Source: Octopus vulgaris (taxonomy: Eukaryota). Taken from it: a stretch of 64,000 nucleotides of DNA. The DNA is taken from contig OX597822.1 in the NCBI GenBank assembly GCA_951406725.2, positions 94,736,001 to 94,800,000 of the forward strand, given 5' to 3'. Within the stretch, counting starts at the first letter, position 1, and each line of letters begins with the position of its first letter. This document shows positions 40,752-52,836 of the stretch, piece after piece. Both the position numbers and the translations under genes were made by a program. The notes beneath the pieces were generated by a model. That model saw nothing but the letters and a program-made list of their open reading frames with translations. It was not told where the DNA came from and did not search any database.

Positions 40752-41069
40752 GTCAGTAAAACCAAAATTTTTCATTCCAAATAATGTTGGATTTTCTTTA
40801 AAGAAACCATTTTACTGTATTGCGCATTTAATATAAATTGTTTTACTGGCTGACATAAGACAGGCAGATTGATTTGTCTGGTGGTATATTATTAATTATT
40901 TTTTTAGTTAACTAAATTATTGGTATCAACTCATTTAATTAATATTTCATAACTAGATTATTCCAGGTCAGTAATATAATGCATTAAGACTCACATCTTC
41001 ATCTATAGTTTTTGGCTTTTGTTCATTTGTTTTTTTTTCTTCTTTTTTTCATGTTAACATCGGTCAAAC

Positions 41070-41712
41070 CAGCATTTCTCAACCATTTTTTTTTTACCTA
41101 TGGCTCCCTTTGATTCCTATTAAACTTGGATGGACCCTCCTTGCCATTCGATGTCTGAAAAACCATATTACGTTTTTATAATTAAATAGTATTAGGAATT
41201 GTATTAAAGAATTGTTAAAATATTTTGTGGCGCAGGAGTGGCTGTGTGGTAAGTGGCCTGTTTACCAACCACATGGTTCCGGGTTCAGTCCCACTGTGTG
41301 GCATCTTGGGCAAGTGTCTTCTACTATAGCCTCAGGCTGACCAAAGCCTTGTGAGTGGATTTGGTAGATGGAAACTGAAAGAAGCCCATCGTATATATGT
41401 ATATATATATGTGTATGTATATGTGTGTGTATGTTTGTGTGTCTGTGTTTGTCCGACCAACACTGCTTGACAACCGATGCTGGTGTGTTTATGTCCCCGT
41501 AACTTAGCGGTTCGGTAAAAGTGACCGATCGAATAAGTACTAGGCTTACAAAGAATAAGTCCTGGGGTCGATTTGATCGACTAAAGGCGGTGCTCCAGCA
41601 TGGCCGCAGTCAAATGACTGAAACAAGTAAAAGAGTATAGGAGTATGACCAATTTCCTGCTGAAAAATTTTAACAACAAAATTTTATATGGATCCTGGTC
41701 AAGAACGCCCTG
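41070..41712. mobile_element. hAT-like MITE interrupted by a SINE (41229-41635)
   Basis: Ends cagcatttctcaacc / ggtcaagaacgccctg; 8-bp flanks ggtcaaac and ggctaaac. Confidence 0.5.
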
Positions 41713-42654
41713 GGCTAAACAATTACATTTTATTGAGACATCATTTACAGCTGGGTGCCTTTCATGTCATTAACTGCTACCTGCTTTTCAAGTTAGAAGT
41801 TTTTCACTCCACTTGTTATTTATTTGTTGACAGGGCATGTCAAAAAGCATCACCACTATTTGCTCAGTACTTTTTCAAAGGAAGCCCAGAATGTAATTCT
41901 TCACATACACATGCACATGCAGGTGCACACACACACACACACACAAACACTCATACCCATATGCATGCACACACATGCATACGTGTGTGCCTGCATGCAC
42001 CTACACACACACACGTAGACACTGTGCATTTTTCATCTACCAGATTCATTCTCAAGGCAGTGGTTATCTCAAGGTAGAAGACACTTGCCCCAGGCAAGGT
42101 GCTGTACAGTGAGACTGAACCCAAAACCATATGGTTGAGATGCAAATTCTTAACCATAGAGCCATGCCTACCTTTTGTATCTAACATATATGAAAGGTAT
42201 AGCTTACAAAACCTTATCTATAAACTAAATATTCTGATAAGATACTCAGATAATTTTTTTTACTTAGTGTGCGGAGCAATGTTTCTGGCCTCTTTCAGAG
42301 CCTCTGATATTGTTCGAGAGTAGCTATGTTCAAATGTGGTACTTGGTTCCTAAGCACTAAAGGCATCCTCAGCAGCCAAGTCTTCATCTCCATCATCATC
42401 ATCAATATTTAACATCCATGTTCCGTGCTGGCATGGATCGGATAGCTTGACTGGCAAGGCCAGGGACCACACCAGGTTCCTTAGCTGTTTTGGCTTGGTT
42501 TCAACAGCTGAATGTCCTTTCTAATGCCAGCCACTTTACAGAGTATCCTGGGTGCTTTTTATGTTGCATCTTGGTTTTAGGATATCACTTTTTTCGTGGG
42601 TGGATCTTCTTGAGTACGGCAATGCACCACATGTCTCAGTCCTCTGTCATCTCC

Positions 42655-43049
42655 TTCATAACCATCTTACAAACAATAACTCTGAGCACCTTTTCAAACT
42701 CCACCCGTCTAACACCCGTGGACATATTTACAAAGTCAGAAAACAGCACAGCTCCCATGACTTTAGGAAACATTTTTTCACGCTGAGAGTTGCTGAAGCA
42801 TGGAACAAACTGCCGGCATCAGTTGTTAGTTGTCAGAGCATGGCATCCTTCAAAACTTCCATGCTTTCTGAGATTCGCCAACACTACACCTGATTTTCTC
42901 CCCTCCATACACACACAAGCATGTATCTGACTCCTACACTGTTCACTTTCCAGATATTTGTACATTACTGCATATACTTTATACGCACTTTCTGACAAGT
43001 TGTGGTGCACGTGAGCACTGTATACAATAATTTCATTATTATTATTATT
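42655..43049 (+). mobile_element. CR1/L2 3' fragment, second family
   Basis: NTRGHIYKV..RKHFFTLRVAEAWNKLP; (ATT)n tail. Confidence 0.85.
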
Positions 43050-44340
43050 TTAAGGCTTAGGTGAAAGATTAAATTGCTTGTGGATCTCATAATTATTGTG
43101 GTTGAAGTTAGCTAATACAATTAATATGATTATATGACATGTTGAGGCTCACAGCTAAAGGCCACCATCTATATGCAAATGAATTGAGAAAGTAGGTGGG
43201 CATCAAAGACACTGGCAAATGTAGAATGAAAGCTAAACTGTTTATAGACTGTATACTAACTTGTTGATATAATATGAATGGACAATACTTACTGGATAAA
43301 GAGCTGACCTGGGAAAACCATGGGAAGAAGCAGTATGTCACATGCACTGTCTTATACCTTTTTGTTACCATATTTCTATTGAATTACACAGCCAATTTTT
43401 TCAATTGATTTTGAAAAGAATGAATAATTTAATGATATAACTTTAATGATATAACCCGGCAGTACAAGTGAGACCATAACCCATGGCCTCTACCTGGGAT
43501 GTAGCCAGTCCACTTATGCATACCTTTCCTTTTTGGGACACAAAACTCTACTTGTGAAGACCTGTTGAGGCAAGTGAGAATCAGAATCAAAATCGAAATC
43601 GATCAACATCAATGGAAATTGTAGCTGTGATACCAGTGCCAGTGGCATGTAAAAAGCACCATCCGATCATGGCCAATACCAGCCTCGCCTGGACACCGTG
43701 CCGGTGGCACATAAAAAGCTCCATCCAATCGTGTCCATTGCCAGCCTCGCCTGGCCCCTGTGCTGGTGGCATGTAAGAAGCACCATCCGACCATGGCCAT
43801 TTGCCAGCCCCATCTACATTCACGGAGTGGTTGGCGTTAGGAAGGGCATCCAGCCATAGAAACATTGCCAGATCTGACTGGGCCTGGTGCAGCCTTCTTG
43901 TTTCCCAGACCCCAATTGAACCGTCCAACCCATGCTAGCATGGAAAGCGGACGCTAAACAATGATGATGATGATGATGAACTTCGTTGTTATTAAACTGG
44001 TGCTTGGAAGATAATGTAACATTAAATTCTGGTGGAAGATTTTAATTTAGATTACTTTAAAACAAGAAATTTGTATGATAATATCAGGGATGGTCTCATT
44101 TGCTTTGGTATCAAAAAGGTTAAATGATGCAGGACAAATACCAAGACACGCAAAGAAATGCTGCCTTGAAAATCTGTCCAACTTTTTGCCAGCCTAGAAA
44201 AACGTTAAAACTATAATAATGTTGATGATGATGATGATAATCCTGTCCATTATTTCATAAATGTGATACAATATGACATGATATCTAAATGCATGTATAT
44301 ATCTCTAAATATGTTTGCATTTCTTATTGTTCTTTTCCAG

Positions 44341-44388
44341 GGAGACTTCCCTCGTTACTCTTGTGGCTATAATGTCCGACGTAACCTG
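44341..44388 (+). CDS. TSPAN15: TSPAN15-like short exon (CGY)
   Basis: tcttttccag acceptor, GTATGT donor; 48 bp. GDFPRYSCGYNVRRNL. Confidence 0.9.
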
Positions 44389-44613
44389 GTATGTAATTTT
44401 TATAAACTTTACCTTTGTCAAAAGTTTTTTTTTTTAATGACTCACAAATATTTTTTTCCCTTTTTTTTTTTGCTTTCAACTAAAGACATTTCTCTATCAC
44501 ATGTTTTAAAATACTCTTATTTAATAAAAAAAATCCCATAATATAGCTTATTCAGATGCTATTAGTAAGAACAAATTTTCTCTTCTCAAAATATAGTAAA
44601 TACGAAGGTCAAC

Positions 44614-45249
44614 GGATCTTTTCCTTTTGAACGGCAGATGTCAACACAATTTCTAGTTAACTAAACACTTTTAAACTTTGTATATACTGGTAGAATGTGT
44701 TTATAAAACATCATTTTCTCTTGGTTTTATTGAGAAAATTCTATAGTTTGTAAGTTATTTCGTCTGAAAATCCAAGCATTTCAGCAATTTTAACCAATCA
44801 ATTACCTCCATTCAACTAAAATCATTTGCTGCATCTAAAACTGAGACAACATCCTGTAACTAACACTAAACCTCCCCCTAACCCTAACCCTAAATTTTTT
44901 TTTCTTAATTGTTAAATTAATTTAATTCCATTGCTTTAGTTTTTTTTACACGCGTAACAATTGAATTAATTTAACAATTAAGAAAAATAAATTTAGGGTT
45001 AGGGGGAGGGTTTAGGGTTAGTTACAGGATGTTGTCTCAGTTTTAGACGCAGCAAATGATTTTAGCTCAAAAGAGAGCGTAGGATTGGTTAAAATTCGAA
45101 AAATTAAACTACGTTAAACAAACAAATTACAATTTTCTCAAGAAAGCCAAGAGAAAAAGATGTTTTATTTTGACACATTCTACCAGTATACGAAGTTTTA
45201 AAGCGTTTAGTTAACTAAAAATTGTCTGCCGTTCAAAAGGAAAAGATCC
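44614..45249. mobile_element. Fold-back MITE related to 33135-33564, with CCCTAA and TTAGGG repeats
   Basis: Perfect 24-bp TIR GGATCTTTTCCTTTTGAACGGCAG; arms stay complementary for ~310 bp; no clear TSD. Confidence 0.8.
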
Positions 45250-45324
45250 AGAATTAGTGGTTTCTTCCTTCATTGAATATTTCAAGGTTGCTTCTAATGT
45301 TTTTCTTGCCATTTTGTCTGCTAG

Positions 45325-45441
45325 ACTGTGGAGACGAACAAGATTATCCATACTGATGGTTGTACTTCATTGTTACGAAGACTGTTGGTTCTACGACTGG
45401 ATATTGTCGGAATGGCTGGACTTGGAAGTGCAATACCTCAG
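45325..45441 (+). CDS. TSPAN15: TSPAN15-like exon (last loop Cys, start of TM4)
   Basis: ctgctag acceptor, GTGAGT donor; 117 bp. TVETNKIIHTDGCTSLLRRLLVLRLDIVGMAGLGSAIPQ. Confidence 0.92.
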
Positions 45442-45481
45442 GTGAGTTTCTGCATGATTTATCTAATTGTTCAGAAATATT

Positions 45482-45712
45482 GGCGGCGAGCTGGCAGAAA
45501 CGTTAGCACGTCGGGCGAAATGCATAGCCGTATTTCGTCTGCCGTTACGTTCTGAGTTCAAATTCCGCCGAGGTCGACTTTGCCTTTCATCCTTTCGGGG
45601 TTGATTAAATAAGTACCAGTAACGCACTGGGGTCGATATAATCGACTTAATCCATTTGTCTGTCCTTGTTTGTCCCCTCTGTGTTTAGCCCCTTATGGGT
45701 AGTAAAGAAATA
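45482..45712 (+). mobile_element. tRNA-derived SINE family B, full length, 26-bp TSD
   Basis: ggcggcgagctggcagaaacgttag..gagttcaaattcc..gcctttcatcctttcgggg..aaagaaata; TSD 45456-45481/45713-45738. Other copies: 2882-3111-, 6757-7266+, 11646-11871+, 16490-16721-, 17053-17285-, 19099-19330+, 24399-24630+, 26292-26514-, 38588-38817-, 38858-39080+. Confidence 0.9.
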
Positions 45713-45780
45713 GATTTATCTAATTGTTCAGAAATATTAAATTTCTAAATATCTCATAGAGATATGTATGGTGGTGGGGC

Positions 45781-46049
45781 GATAGAATGGTTGTATACTG
45801 TCAATTTAACGTGACAGTAGGGGATTACACCACCGCTGTTTAGCCCTAGGAAGCATCGACGCTTCCTGATGGCTTCGACACATTTTTTTTTCCTTTGTCC
45901 TTATATATTTACCCCTACGTAAATATATAAGGACACAGGAAAAAAAATGTGTCGAAGCCATCAGGAAGCGTCGATGCTTCCTAGGGCTAAACAGCGGTGG
46001 TGTAATCCCCTACTGTCACGTTAAATTGACAGTATACAACCATTCTATC
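45781..46049. repeat. Near-perfect palindrome (~130-bp arms, ~6-nt loop)
   Basis: gatagaatggttgtatactgtc...tatatttac ccctac gtaaatata...gacagtatacaaccattctatc. Confidence 0.92.
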
Positions 46050-46140
46050 TAATTGTTATTTCATAACAAGTATTATTATGGAAATTTTCCTAGCATTAGC
46101 CTTGTCTCTTCAGTGTCAGCCACACATTGTGTGCATGTGC

Positions 46141-46171
<31 letters not shown>

Positions 46172-47308
46172 CATTCAAAACAAGCGCATGAATAATGTAC
46201 ATTTGGCCTTCTGGTGCTGTTTCTGAATTAACGGCCACAAACATATTACGCCACAGCCAAAAATCATGTGAGTCAAAAAACCTCTCATTGTAGTGCTTGA
46301 TGCATTTCTAATTCATTGCATAAACAGTGAAATTATTGGTTCATCCATTTCTCGTTTTGTGCTTGTGTGTATGCGTATGCATGCACGTGTGTGTTAGTGT
46401 GTGTGTGTGTTTCTGTGGCACTGTTGTGGCATTGCAGACTATTTCTCAGTGGAATTTAAAGATTGATTTTTATTCTTTCCTGGAACAATGAACTCCCCTT
46501 TAGTCAATTTACTCCCCTTGGTAAATTATGAATAACATAGTTGCATTCTGTTCTACTTTCTCTCTCTCTCTCTGTATATATATGTGATCACGTGACCAAC
46601 CAGACCATCAGATGTTGTTACACATCGCTGGTCACAATGCGTTCGCATTGTTTTAGCCTTCGAATGACGCCACCCCGCTGGCTAAGCAAGCAGGCCAACA
46701 GAAGAAAGAGTGGGAGAAAGAGTGTTGAAAGAGTACAACAGGGATCACCACCCCTTGCCGGAGTGTGGTGGAGCTTTTAGGTGTTTTTATTCAATAAACA
46801 CTCACAACGCCTGGTCTGGGAATCAAAACCGCGATCCTACGACCACGAGCCCGCTGCCCTAACCACTGGGCCATTGTGCCTCCACGTATATATATGTATA
46901 TATAAAAAATAAGATTTTTAAATACAAAATGGGACAAGAATGCAAAACATCCAAAAGACGATACAAAAAACATGGACGGGTCATTCGAAGCCTTTAATCT
47001 TCAGTCAAGAACCGGATCATCCTCGCAATTTCGGCTGATTAATCTTGAGATTGCTCCAATCTGGCCAGCCCCAAGGAAAAACTAAGCTAAGAGCATTAGA
47101 TTCCTTGGGAAAAAGCTTCGAATGTATACGAAGCAAGGACACACAAAATATATAATAATATAAATATAATTATAATAAGGGCACTAATGAGTAGTGCCAC
47201 ATGCTAGAAACAGATGCCAAATGGCTCTAACAACTACATTATTTACCTCATTAGCATGGGTTGAAAGTAAGGGAAGTGAAGAAAGATTTAAAAAAAAAGG
47301 GGGTTTAA

Positions 47309-47363
47309 CCACAGATCGATTTCTAGTTTAGAGCTGTAAATATCTTAACCATCATCAGTACAG
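47309..47363 (-). ncRNA. Hammerhead motif in left arm of PLE-like inverted repeat
   Basis: Minus strand ctgta-CTGATGA-tggtt...aacta-GAA-ATCGAT-C-tgtgg. Confidence 0.6.
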
Positions 47364-47551
47364 CATAACACATTGTACATAATTATAAGTTAATATACAT
47401 ACCCATACGAATAACACATATCAACAAGTGTATATACAAGTGTTCACATTTATATACAAGCTAAATCTAATTCATTCACTTCAACTACATGTATATATGA
47501 TCAAAAATAATACCGGAGTGAGTATATTAGTCGGAATAATTTATATTTATA

Positions 47552-47705
47552 CTAGCAGTATCGCCCGGCGTTGCTCGGGTTTGTAAGGGAAATAACTATA
47601 TAAGCATTTTTAGAGATGTAAAGTATAATAGCCATCTCAATATGGCTAACCACAAAGGAGGTGGTGTTACTGTAGCTTTTTACGTTCTGAGATTTAATAA
47701 TAAAT
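47552..47705 (-). mobile_element. 3' fragment of the same Helitron family
   Basis: Nearly identical to 35532-35685. Confidence 0.8.
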
Positions 47706-47903
47706 CTTGATTATATATAAATATGAATTACTCCAACCAATATATTCACTCTGGTATTATTTTTGGTCGTATACGCATGTAGTTGGGGTGAATGAATTAG
47801 ATTTAGCTTGAATATAAATGTGAACACTTGTATATATGTTTGAAGATATGTATTATTTGTATGGGTATGTGTAAACGTTTATAATTATGCGCAATGTGTT
47901 ATG

Positions 47904-47958
47904 CTATATTGATGATGGTAAAGACATCTACTTTTCTAAACTAGAAATTGATCTATGG
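47904..47958 (+). ncRNA. Decayed hammerhead motif in right arm of the same inverted repeat
   Basis: ctata-TTGATGA-tggta...aacta-GAA-ATTGAT-C-tatgg; diverged copy of 47309-47363. Confidence 0.45.
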
Positions 47959-48916
47959 TTGGCCCTTTTTTTAAAAAAAATCTGCTTTCTTCACTTCCCT
48001 CACTTTCAAACCATGCTAATATAGTAAAATAATGTAGTTGTTAGAGCCATTTGGCATCTATTTCTAGCATATGGTGCTACTCGTTGTATTAATTGTTACC
48101 TATATGGTTTTATTACATGCTGGTTACTTGATAAAATCTTATAAAGATTTTATCCTCGAACACACACACACACACACACACAATTCTGTAATTATTGAAT
48201 TATTTATTTTTCACACAGCTGAGACAAGAGTCAAACACCATATGTCTCTCCTGACTATTTGATTATTCATCTATTCATAATCAGAGTTATCCAGTAATCA
48301 ATCATAATCGATTATTAATCAGCCCTTGGAGTTGTGTTATTCATGCCTTTCTGAAGAGCATTTGTGAAGGAAAGAAATTGAGGTCATACAAACTGTTAGA
48401 GTAACAGGTTGAACACGACAACAGTTTATCTCTTCCTTAAGACACTTTCCTATTAATGAATCATCTTTATCATTATGTCAGTTATTTATGTTGACATGGG
48501 TTGGATGAATCATCATGGTCTGAGTTCTTATTGGGAGCCACTGTCATCATAGACTGGTCCTCATACCTTTCATTTTCGGCTTGGTTTCTACAGCTGTGTG
48601 CCCTTCTTACTACCAACCACTTTATAAAGTGTACTGGGTGCCTTTTACCATAGCACAGCCTCTAGAGCAGTTGTCAGGTCCTCAACAAAACAAGACTGAA
48701 GTATTTTAAAAATCCTTGTTTTAATTATTAAGAAATGTGTTGCAAACTATGTAATCACTGTACTTAGTTGTAACTATATAATGAGATAATGCATTATAAA
48801 CTATTTAGTTATTGTAGTTAATTACAAACTATGAAATTATTAGTGCTAGTTTTAAGCCATATCATTTCCATCTCCCAGATGCAAACTCACTTCCACTCTC
48901 TAGTCCTTCAAACTTA

Positions 48917-49429
48917 CGATAAATCCTCGAGTATAGTTCACCCTTGAGTATAATACGCAGGGAATTTTTAGGGGGCTGTACCTCTGAAAAACCTAAACCT
49001 TGTGTATAATATGCACCCCTTCTCTAACTTGAGTCAAGGAGGTCTATATAACGTCCATGGTTTGTAAAAATGTATACGGCAACGGCCTTTATTATTATTG
49101 TATATATAACATAATGCAAACGTGTAGCTTTTTTGTGCATTTTGTTTGCAGAAAATAAAGAGATAATAGTAATAATGTTTAATAAATGTTGCTTACTGCA
49201 AGTTATGGATGATTCTTTTATGACTTCATTGCTTTCAGGCTTAGCTTAAGGTATTTTTGCACCTGACATCACAAAATGTATCTGAATAAACATTGCCGGA
49301 CAGCAAATAGAGACTCGGACATTGCTTAGAAAATATTTTTCATTTTTAACTTAGTATATAGTACGCACTAGGGATTTTGACCTTTAAATTTTAGGGGAAA
49401 AAATGCGGATTATACTTGAGGATTTACGG
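48917..49429. mobile_element. Tc1/mariner (pogo/Tigger-like) MITE
   Basis: TA-flanked imperfect TIRs cgataaatcctcgagtata / tatacttgaggatttacgg. Confidence 0.7.
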
Positions 49430-50345
49430 TATATTGGTCTGGTGCAACAAGTTATACAAACCCACTAGTTAGCAGGATGCAGCATTTGTACAGAGTTAAT
49501 TTCTCTTTGTCCTCTACTTGGCCAGCTCTTGTTAAACAACCCATGCTAGCATGAAAGGCGGACGTTAAAAGATGATGATGATGAACAGCTAAAGACCCTC
49601 ATTAGCTCTAGGTCCATTGGGGTATCTATAAGTGACATTCTCCCAGAAGTAATTACATGAAATGCTAATTAACCTACAACTGACTCCTCGACAAGTGCTG
49701 CTACTTCAGGTCAAAGTAGACCTGGGAACAAAAGTGGCTAAGGGGTGGTTCCACATTCCTCAAAACCCCAGGACTCCTTAACCGTCCTACTACTGAATGC
49801 ATTCATACCCCATGAGAATTATATAATGTGCTGTAAACTATATAATTAATGTGGATCGCTGTAAACAGTGTAATTGTTGTAATCGGTTTTATGCCTAAAT
49901 TTTAATTTAATAAATTCATATGATAAGCATACTTTAATTTATTCAGATATGAAGGGTTAAAGGAAACTGAAAGGTTAACAAAAAAGCATAGTAATGCTTT
50001 GTATACAATTCTAAGTCAAGGGCCATAACTCTTGCTAGTACAAGCTGTCGGCTGTTAATAAGAGGAAATTCAATGAGCTTAAATAAGTATTTCATTGGTA
50101 TGCAATCCTGCATTCAAGGATCACTATACGAATACAAACACTTTATTGCTGCTCCCAATTACTTTTTTTTTTTTTTTTCAAAAGAGTAATCAGAAAAGGG
50201 AGACGAGGTCACAACAGCACTGGAGAAGTATTTTTTGTTATCATCATCATCATCATCATCATCGTTTAGCGTCCGCTTTCCATGCTAGCATGGGTTGGAC
50301 GGTTCAACTGGGGTCTGGGAAGCCAGAAGGCTGCACCAGGCCCAG

Positions 50346-50486
50346 GGCAAGTGAATTCTGGAAGATAGGTGGAAGAGTGTTGTAGAAAATGGAGAGTATA
50401 TTTTAGATTAAAAAAGAACATAGTTTATATTAATTTTGGAAAATAAATGAAGTATCAAAAATCGCATTATTTATGGGATGACCCAA
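50346..50486 (+). mobile_element. mariner 3' remnant
   Basis: RWKSVVENGEYILD* resembles a mariner transposase C-terminus; followed by TIR-like gcattatttatgggatgacccaa-TA. Confidence 0.55.
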
Positions 50487-50924
50487 TATATATATATATA
50501 TAATTAAGAATTTCACCGTCCCTTGATTTGGGGTTCTGTCCCTCTGTGAAGCTCCTTAGATATGTCTCCTACAATAGCCCCAGCCAGCTTGACTAGTGCC
50601 TTGAGTTAATTTGGTAGATGGAAACTGTACAAAGCCTGTTGTATACGTCTGTGTGGCTGTGTGTGTGTTTACATTTGTATTTCCCTGAATTACAAGTGGT
50701 AACGTTTTTGTTATTTCCCCTGTAAACAAATTGTATGCTGGCTCTGCACTAGCTAAGAGACCCTTTACTTGAACAATAAGTATACGTAAGCAACAGAAAG
50801 AATCCCCAGCTGTAAAAAAAAAAGCCTCAATAATATATTCTTCTAATCTGTGGTAACATGGAAAACAGATATAAAAGCAAATGAATGAATGGACATGTAT
50901 GTGTGTGTGTGTATCTGTGTACCA

Positions 50925-51170
50925 TCTTCATCAGGTAGGTGCCTTCCCTGTGTACAAGACTTTCCAGTTTCCTTGATGCTGGGTTGCATGCATGCATGCA
51001 ATCAGCCAGGATCTTGTTTCTGTTCCATTCTTTGATGTAATTTGTCCATAAACGTTGTTGATGGCCTCTTGCTCTCTTCCCCTTCACTCTTTCTGTCAGG
51101 ATGGTCTTAGGCTATGACAGTGCTGCACGTGACCAAAATATGCTAGCTTTGTGAACTGGATTCTCAAGAG
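50925..51170 (-). mobile_element. Decayed RTE LINE 3' fragment
   Basis: KLAYFGHV..GKRARG.Q.RLW..YIKEW on the minus strand. Confidence 0.6.
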
Positions 51171-51199
51171 TCAGGTCCGCAAAGCTATCATTTTATATA

Positions 51200-51560
51200 G
51201 TTAATCCAAACAAGAAAGCACAAAAAAACACAACAACGTGAGGACGTGGAACAAATATAGTATTATTGGACGCTCAGGAAAGAAGGAGGGTTTAACGTTT
51301 CGAGCGGAGCTCTTCATCAGAAACATAGGAGAATGAAAGATTCAGAGAAGGGAAGACAGAGGGAAAAAAATCGCCAACGGTACACATGAGGTCACATATA
51401 GTTCAAATTTACAGAAAACAAGGTGAGGGAACAACAAACAAGTATATTAGTGTGACGCTTGGGAAGAATGGAAAAGTCGTTGGCATTTCAAACCTATGTT
51501 TTTCAACAGAAAAGATTCAGAAGAAAAGAATGGGGAGAGAATGAAAAAAAAACTGACACT
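51200..51560 (-). mobile_element. Two adjacent short hammerhead-bearing elements
   Basis: Both share gaacaa..gta(t)tatt..gacgct..gga..tttc(g)a..c..ttca.caga with the 4972-5165 element. Confidence 0.5.
51290..51324 (-). ncRNA. Minimal type I hammerhead ribozyme motif
   Basis: Minus strand gttt-CTGATGA-a-gagc(tcc)gctc-GAA-ACGT-T-aaac; perfect stems I and II. Confidence 0.72.
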
Positions 51561-52108
51561 TCACAGACAAGGAAGTAAATTTAGAATGCAGTATAGTTGT
51601 GAAAACAGCAGAGAAAGATTGGGTGTTTACCTTTAGAAGACAGAAGATAATGTAAGCGGCTACATTATTAAGTGTTCTCATACATCATCATCATCATCAT
51701 CGTTTAACATCCGCTTTCCATGCTAGCATGGATTGGACAGTTCGACCAGGGTCTGGGAAGCCAGGAGGCTGCACCAGGCTCCAGTCTGATCTGGCAGTGT
51801 TTCTACAGCTGGATGCCCTTCCTAACGCCAACCGCTCTGTGAGTGTAGTGGGTGCTTTTTATGTGCCACCGGCACAGGTGCCAGGGGAGGCTGGCAATGG
51901 CCACGATCGGTTGGTGCTTTTTACGTGCCACCGGCACAGAAGCCAGTCAATCTGGCACTGGCATCGACCATGTTAGGACGGTGCTTTTTATGTACCACCG
52001 GCACATACATATATAGAACAAAACCTACAAATCTGCACCTATACATACCCCTACATACAAAAATACTCTGTTGATGTTGGAATGCCAATGAAGGAGCCTT
52101 GGATCTAT

Positions 52109-52576
52109 AATAATAATAATAATAATAATTAAATTATTGTATACAGTGCTCAGGTGTACCACAACTTGTCAGAAAATGCATATAAAGTACATGCAGTAAT
52201 GTAAAAATGTCTGGAAAGCGAACAATGTATGAGTCAGATACATGCTTGTGTGTGTATGGAGGGGAGAAAATCAGGTGTAGTGTTGGCGTATCTCAGAAAG
52301 CATGGACGTTTTGAAGGATGCAGTGCTCCGACAACTAACAACTGATGCCGGCAGTTTCTTCCATGCTTCAGCAACTCTCAGCATGAAAAAATGTTTCCTG
52401 AAGTCATGGGAGCTGTGCTGTTTTCTTACTTTGTAAATATGTCCACGGGTGTTAGATGGGTGGAGTTTGAAAAGGTGCACAGAGTTATTGTTTGTACAAT
52501 GGTTGATAATTTTATGGGTGTCTGCCAAGTCAGCTGCCAGACGTCGGAGTTTCAATGTGTCCATGCCCAGGGAAGT
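52109..52576 (-). mobile_element. CR1/L2 3' fragment, same family as 42655-43049
   Basis: LGMDTLKLRRLAADL..NTRGH..W.KLP; (ATT)n tail. Confidence 0.85.
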
Positions 52577-52836
52577 AAGGTTAGAAATTGGCTCTTTCTC
52601 TTTTGGCAAGAAATCTTGAAATAAACTGAATAATGACAGACAGGCATACATACATATCAAGAGAAGAGACAGAATGACAGACAAACTGATAGGCAGAGAA
52701 AGATTCTTTGTAAGCTCCTACTCTTTTGCTATAATTTTCTAAAGCATAATTTTGAAAGCAATTGCAAGACTAATTACTTCTGTTTATTAGTTTAGATCAT
52801 TCACCAATGTTCATCTTATATTATTTCTATTTCCAG

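Larger units (their letters stand above)
47170..48105. repeat. Large inverted repeat (~380-bp arms) of PLE-like pseudo-LTRs with a Helitron fragment at the axis
   Basis: atgctagaaacagatgccaaatggctctaacaactacatt (47201) versus aatgtagttgttagagccatttggcatctatttctagcat (48031); homology continues inward. Confidence 0.85.

Noticed and set aside
43454-43630. HDV-like or twister ribozyme at the 5' end of family C
   Set aside because: Could not build the required pseudoknots or catalytic motifs by eye; needs a covariance search.
44876-45020. Telomere fusion or chromosome end
   Set aside because: Only 2-3 units per arm, inside a TIR element.
46975-47140. Possible hammerhead on the minus strand (ggctg..cagcc GAAA)
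   Set aside because: No CUGANGA in the correct position; probably a PLE-like repeat but unsupported.
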